Positions 27,432 through 32,000 of a stretch of DNA of 32,000 bases are shown here, piece after piece. Position 1 is the first letter of the stretch. Every line of letters starts with the position of its first letter. The notes beneath the pieces are model-generated. The model was not told the DNA's origin and ran no database searches. It saw nothing but the letters and a program-made list of their open reading frames with translations. Source of the DNA: Thalassobium sp. (lineage in GTDB: Bacteria > Pseudomonadota > Alphaproteobacteria > Rhodobacterales > Rhodobacteraceae); NCBI GenBank assembly GCA_024640765.1, contig JAHEEK010000004.1, positions 114,575 through 146,574 of the forward strand. Direction: 5' to 3'. The position numbers and the translations under genes are program-made.

Positions 27432-28724
27432 ATGCACGACATTAAACTTATTCGCGAAACACCCGATGTTTTTGATGCGGCCATGGCACGGCGCGGCGTG
27501 GACACCCGTGCGGCAGATGTTTTGGCGATTGACTCAGCACGGCGGGCAAAAATCCAAGCCTCTGAAGAAGCCAAGGCAGAACAAAACGCCGCATCTAAAC
27601 AAGTGGGCGCTGCCAAAGCATCTGGGGACGAGGCCGAATTTGAGCGTTTGCGCGCACTTGTTGGGGCAAAGAAAGAAGAAGTTGCGCGTCTGAATGATGA
27701 AGCCAAAGACCTTGATGGTGAGTTGACAGATTTGTTGATGAGCCTGCCAAACCTGCTTGACGCATCTGTACCAGACGGCGCGGACGAGGACGACAACGTC
27801 GAGATCAAAAGCTGGGGCACGCCGCGTGAAACGGATTTTGCCGCTCTTGAGCATTACAACATTCCCGCCATCGCCGCGGGTTTGGATTTTGAGCTGGCCG
27901 CGAAACTGTCTGGTAGCCGCTTTATGGTGCTGTCAGGTGCCGTTGCACGGCTGCACCGCGCGCTGGCACAATTTATGGTTAACCACCACGTTGATACCAA
28001 CGGGCTAAGTGAGACTTGGACGCCCATCTTGGTACGCGAAGACATGATGTATGGCACAGGACAGCTGCCGAAATTTGGCGAAGACAGCTATAAAACAACC
28101 AACGGTTGGTGGCTTGTCCCCACGGCGGAAGTTACGCTGACCAACACAGTAAATGGCCAAACCGTGGATGCCGCGTCCCTGCCCCGCCGCTTGGTTGCGC
28201 ACACGCAATGCTTCCGTTCCGAAGCCGGCTCTGCAGGTCGTGACACATCAGGTGTGCTGCGCCAGCACCAATTTGAAAAAGTCGAAATGGTTAGCATCAC
28301 ACACCCTGACAACAGCATGGCGGAGCACGATCGTATGACCTCATGCGCCGAAGGTGTGCTAGAAGCGCTTGGTTTGCCGTACCGCACTGTGGTTCTGTGC
28401 ACGGGCGATATCGGCTTTGGGGCGATCAAAACCCACGACATCGAAGTGTGGTTGCCGGGGCAAAATACTTTCCGCGAAATCTCAAGCGTTTCAGTCTGTG
28501 GTGACTTCCAAGCCCGCCGCATGAATGCCCGCTTCAAACCCGAAGATGGCGGAAAACCTCAATTTGTCCAGACTCTTAACGGCTCTGGCCTTGCGGTTGG
28601 GCGCGCGCTGATCGCTGTGGTCGAAAACGGCCAACAAGCAGATGGCAGCGTGGTCATCCCCGAGGTTCTGCGCCCCTTCATGGGCGGCAACTCCATGATC
28701 CAAGCAGACGGCACATTAGCATGA
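27432..28724 (+). CDS. serS: seryl-tRNA synthetase
   Basis: 430 aa from [12 protein letters not shown] (ATG 27432), with an N-terminal coiled-coil arm and class II motifs ([20 protein letters not shown]). Confidence 0.97.
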   Translation: MHDIKLIRETPDVFDAAMARRGVDTRAADVLAIDSARRAKIQASEEAKAEQNAASKQVGAAKASGDEAEFERLRALVGAKKEEVARLNDEAKDLDGELTDLLMSLPNLLDASVPDGADEDDNVEIKSWGTPRETDFAALEHYNIPAIAAGLDFELAAKLSGSRFMVLSGAVARLHRALAQFMVNHHVDTNGLSETWTPILVREDMMYGTGQLPKFGEDSYKTTNGWWLVPTAEVTLTNTVNGQTVDAASLPRRLVAHTQCFRSEAGSAGRDTSGVLRQHQFEKVEMVSITHPDNSMAEHDRMTSCAEGVLEALGLPYRTVVLCTGDIGFGAIKTHDIEVWLPGQNTFREISSVSVCGDFQARRMNARFKPEDGGKPQFVQTLNGSGLAVGRALIAVVENGQQADGSVVIPEVLRPFMGGNSMIQADGTLA

Positions 28725-29416
28725 AGGCTTGTCTGACCCTCGTTGTAACGGCCGCTTTTTTCGCCGCACCTTTGTTGACGGAACCTTTCACAGGCTACAA
28801 CGACGGCCAGCTGCCCATCGCGCAACCAAACCCACCGGTGCAGCCCGAAGGCTACGCCTTTGCGCTTTGGGGTGTCATTTATACGTGGCTTGGGATTTCT
28901 GCCGTTTTCGGTGTGCTTAAACGCCGTGATGATGCAAGTTGGGACTCAGCGCGTCTGCCCCTGATCATAAGCATTATTGTTGGTGCCGCATGGCTTTGGG
29001 TCGCCTTAGCCTCGCCAATATGGGCCACAATCCTGATCTGGGTAATGCTTGCGACAGCGCTCATGGCACTGCTGAATGCGCCTACAAAAGATATCGGCTG
29101 GTTTGCTGCCCCCGTGGGACTTTATGCCGGTTGGTTGACCGCAGCCGCAAACGTATCACTTGGTGTGGCGGGCGCGGGCTACGGCCTTTGGTTTGGGGCC
29201 TATGGTTGGGCATATCTATGCATTACAATGGCACTTATCATCGCCATTTTCGTGATCCGCAAAGCCAAGTTTTCCGTCACCTACGCTGCCGCAGTGGTAT
29301 GGGCCTTGGTCGGGATTGTTGTGGCAAACGGGCTAAACATCACGGGATACTTGGCACTTGTAGGGATAGGCCTCACTGCAACGCTTGCGTGGCGCCGCTA
29401 CACATCCAGATCGTAA
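28721..29416 (+). CDS. integral membrane protein, weakly TspO/MBR-like (Trp-rich)
   Basis: Five or six hydrophobic segments. The [15 protein letters not shown] block resembles the TspO first-helix motif. Its start makes an ATGA overlap with the serS stop. The family assignment is tentative. Confidence 0.55.
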   Translation: MKACLTLVVTAAFFAAPLLTEPFTGYNDGQLPIAQPNPPVQPEGYAFALWGVIYTWLGISAVFGVLKRRDDASWDSARLPLIISIIVGAAWLWVALASPIWATILIWVMLATALMALLNAPTKDIGWFAAPVGLYAGWLTAAANVSLGVAGAGYGLWFGAYGWAYLCITMALIIAIFVIRKAKFSVTYAAAVVWALVGIVVANGLNITGYLALVGIGLTATLAWRRYTSRS

Positions 29417-29856
29417 GTCAGCCACTCGGTCTTTGTTGCCAAGCTATCGTATAATGCGCGCGCGGCTGCATTGCTTGGGGCTGTGATCCAGCGAAAAACA
29501 CCCCATCCGCGTTGGTCACAAACCGATTGCAAATGCAGGATAAGCGAACGTCCAGCACCGCTACCGCGAGCCGCCTCATCCACGTAAAGATCATCCAAAA
29601 AGCCACCAATTGACGCCGTTAGCGGGCGCTCGAACGCGCGCACATGCGCCGAACCAACAAGCTGCCCTTCCGTCGTTTCAGCAACGTAACACTCGGTACT
29701 TTTGGATGGATCATGATACCAAGACCAAACGCGATCGCGCATCTCTTGAGTTTGAGGCACGCCACAGAAATCAGCGTACCCCGCATATAGTCCGTTCCAA
29801 GCCGTGAAATCCGCGTCGCGCGCCAAACGCACAGCTACTTCGGCATTACTTGCCAT
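29398..29856 (-). CDS. GNAT family N-acetyltransferase
   Basis: Acetyl-CoA motif [16 protein letters not shown]. Start MASNAEV (ATG 29856) overlaps the der stop by 11 nt. Confidence 0.85.
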   Translation of the reverse strand: MASNAEVAVRLARDADFTAWNGLYAGYADFCGVPQTQEMRDRVWSWYHDPSKSTECYVAETTEGQLVGSAHVRAFERPLTASIGGFLDDLYVDEAARGSGAGRSLILHLQSVCDQRGWGVFRWITAPSNAAARALYDSLATKTEWLTYDLDV

Positions 29857-31312
29857 CGTAAGAAGGCTTTCCAAGGTGCTTGCGCAACCGGCTCGGCGTT
29901 GACTTTTTCTTGTCTTTATATGGGTTTGCCTGTGATTGACTGCGCATGGTCAGGCGGATCGGTGTGCCCGGCATGTCAAAGTCTTCACGCAATCCGTTCA
30001 CCAGGTAGCGCGAATAACTCGTCGGCAGTTTTTCGGGCAAACTACACATCACAACAAACGCAGGTGGCCGCGTCTTTACCTGCGTTGCATAGCGCAGTTT
30101 GATACGTCGCCCGCCCGGTGCGGGCGGCGGGTGCGCCTCGATCATTGAGGTCAGCCAACGATTCAGCTGCGCTGTCGTCACGCGGCGGTTCCAAATTTCA
30201 TGGGCGCGCAACACAGCATCGCGCAACCGCTCAAGTCCGCGTCCCGTTTTTGCGGACACAGTGATCAGCGGCGCGCCGCGCAACTGTGGCAGAAGGCGTG
30301 TAAACGACTCCTTCAGCTCTTTTAGCTTTTCCTGCTTTTCTTCCTCGATGTCCCATTTGTTGACCGCAACCACGACCGCACGACCCTCGCGCTCGGCCAA
30401 ATCGGCGATGCGCAAATCTTGTTGCTCAAACGGAATCGCGGCATCCAACAACACAACGACGACTTCGGCAAATTTCACGGCCCGCAAACCGTCACCTACA
30501 GAAAGCTTTTCAAGCTTTTCTTGCACTTTGGCTTTTTTACGCATTCCCGCAGTATCAAAAATACGGACAGGTGTCTCACCCCATTCCATTTGTAGCGAGA
30601 TCGCATCGCGTGTGATGCCAGCCTCAGGGCCCGTCAAAAGGCGGTCTTCGCCCAAGATTTTGTTAATCAGCGTTGATTTACCCGCATTCGGGCGCCCGAC
30701 TACGGCAATTTGCAACGGTTTTAATTTTGTAGGCGCCACATAAACTTCTTCAGCGTCTTCATCATCTTCAAGTGTTACATCAACTTCAGGCTCGATAACT
30801 TTGTTTTTGCTCTCAAAATCATCGACCAATGGAATGAGTTCTGCCAGCAGATCGCCCATGCCTTCGCCGTGTTCTGCGGACAGACGCAGCGGCTCGCCCA
30901 GACCCAATTCATAGGCCTCCATAACGCCGTCATCTGCGGCGCGGCCTTCGCCCTTGTTTGCGGCAAGCAACACATGAGCTGATTTCTTACGCAAGATTTC
31001 CGCAAACATCCGGTCAGTTGACGTCACACCCGCACGGGCGTCGATCATGAACAGACAGAAATCTGCCATATCAACAGCACGCTCGGTCAGACGGCGCATA
31101 CGGCCCTGCAAACTGTCGTCGTTGGCCTCTTCAAGACCAGCTGTATCAATCACCGTAAAGCGCAGGTCACCAAGGCGCGCCTCGCCCTCGCGCAAATCAC
31201 GCGTTACCCCCGGCTGGTCATCGACCAACGCCAGACGTTTGCCTACAAGGCGGTTGAAAAGAGTGGATTTGCCCACATTCGGGCGGCCCACAATGGCGAG
31301 TGTGAAAGACAT
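29846..31312 (-). CDS. der: ribosome-associated GTPase Der (EngA)
   Basis: Two tandem GTPase domains ([12 protein letters not shown] and [12 protein letters not shown]) are followed by a KH-like C-terminal domain. Confidence 0.97.
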   Translation of the reverse strand: MSFTLAIVGRPNVGKSTLFNRLVGKRLALVDDQPGVTRDLREGEARLGDLRFTVIDTAGLEEANDDSLQGRMRRLTERAVDMADFCLFMIDARAGVTSTDRMFAEILRKKSAHVLLAANKGEGRAADDGVMEAYELGLGEPLRLSAEHGEGMGDLLAELIPLVDDFESKNKVIEPEVDVTLEDDEDAEEVYVAPTKLKPLQIAVVGRPNAGKSTLINKILGEDRLLTGPEAGITRDAISLQMEWGETPVRIFDTAGMRKKAKVQEKLEKLSVGDGLRAVKFAEVVVVLLDAAIPFEQQDLRIADLAEREGRAVVVAVNKWDIEEEKQEKLKELKESFTRLLPQLRGAPLITVSAKTGRGLERLRDAVLRAHEIWNRRVTTAQLNRWLTSMIEAHPPPAPGGRRIKLRYATQVKTRPPAFVVMCSLPEKLPTSYSRYLVNGLREDFDMPGTPIRLTMRSQSQANPYKDKKKSTPSRLRKHLGKPSYDGK

Positions 31313-31360
31313 GACGTCAGAATCCCATCAATTGAAAGGCGGCGATACACCACCTTGGCG

Positions 31361-32000
31361 CTAACGGAAAGCGTGCAGTTTACCGCCGGTCGAAACAACA
31401 TAGAGCGTTTCATTGGCCACAGCCGGATTGGTAGTGGCACCACCGGGGATCGAAACGACCCCCAAAGCCTGTCCCGTTGTTGGATCAAAACTGCGCATTG
31501 TGTCATCGTTTGATGCCACGATCAGGCGACCACCCGCAATAATTGGTCCGTAATGCGAAAACACAGCCTTTTTGCGGCGGTCACGCTCTTTTTCGAAATA
31601 TGGCAAATCCACACCCCAAATCCGCTCACCGGTTTTCGCATCGACGCGCAGCAGCTCTGCTTGGTCAGACACGAAGAAAATCGAACCTCCTGCGGGCCAA
31701 ACGGGGGACAGCGCCCCTTCCGTTGCGGTCCACAGACGCTCGCCGTTTTGTGCATCCAAAGCCGCCATACGGCCAGATTGGGTCGCCAGATAAATGCGCC
31801 CTTCGGAGACCACAGGATCAGAGGTTACGTCCTTAACTGTCGCGAATGAGCGGCCCTTACGCTCACCTGACAAAGACGTGTCCCACCGCCGAATACCGCC
31901 GCGTTTGAACGTGGCGCGCACGTCACCGTTTGAAAACGCAAATACCGCCAGATCACCAGCAACGACTGGTGCTGCCCCACCCACAACGTCCGAGCCGCTT
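31361..32000 (-). CDS. PQQ-like beta-propeller repeat protein (BamB-like), C-terminal part; the 5' end lies beyond the window
   Basis: Repeated G..LW/IW propeller blades are present (NGERLWTA, TGERIWGV, GRIYLATQSGRMAALD). The frame stays open upstream of 31984 to the window edge. It sits immediately upstream of der, as is common in proteobacteria. Confidence 0.8.
   Translation of the reverse strand, partial: SGSDVVGGAAPVVAGDLAVFAFSNGDVRATFKRGGIRRWDTSLSGERKGRSFATVKDVTSDPVVSEGRIYLATQSGRMAALDAQNGERLWTATEGALSPVWPAGGSIFFVSDQAELLRVDAKTGERIWGVDLPYFEKERDRRKKAVFSHYGPIIAGGRLIVASNDDTMRSFDPTTGQALGVVSIPGGATTNPAVANETLYVVSTGGKLHAFR

Overview
This window looks like ordinary, densely packed core chromosome from an alphaproteobacterium. 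A Rhodobacterales/roseobacter-type origin is an inference from gene content and synteny: helABCDX-type ccmABCDG, a Hint_2-type protein, an acidic-tailed L9, and bamB-like next to der. I support about 40 protein genes and one tRNA. They are, in order: zwf (partial), an HNH endonuclease, yceI, rpsF-rpsR-rplI, tig, tRNA-Leu(UAG), a Hint-domain protein, glnB-glnA, a frame-broken alpha/beta-hydrolase-OsmC fusion, bioY, purB, a lone fliG, an LpxL-family acyltransferase, a DUF1223 gene and acnA. An 11-gene co-directional minus-strand array follows (yajC-secD-secF-tauE-Mth938-ccmABCDG), then serS, a GNAT gene, der and a partial BamB-like gene. Many ORF-track starts were trimmed to internal starts that have Shine-Dalgarno support. 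One gene absent from the track (ccmD, 55 aa) was recovered by hand translation. I found no CRISPR array, integrase, transposase, toxin-antitoxin pair, defence island or other candidate novel multi-gene system, and I do not think the window contains one. The points worth a second look are modest. Two frame disruptions sit in short nucleotide runs: the hydrolase-OsmC fusion and, more speculatively, the yceI signal peptide. The Hint domain lacks its nucleophilic Cys. The fliG has no flagellar neighbours. Two small terminator-bounded ORFs and a few intergenic palindromes are unexplained. All functional calls rest on my recognition of family motifs in the supplied translations; no database search was run.
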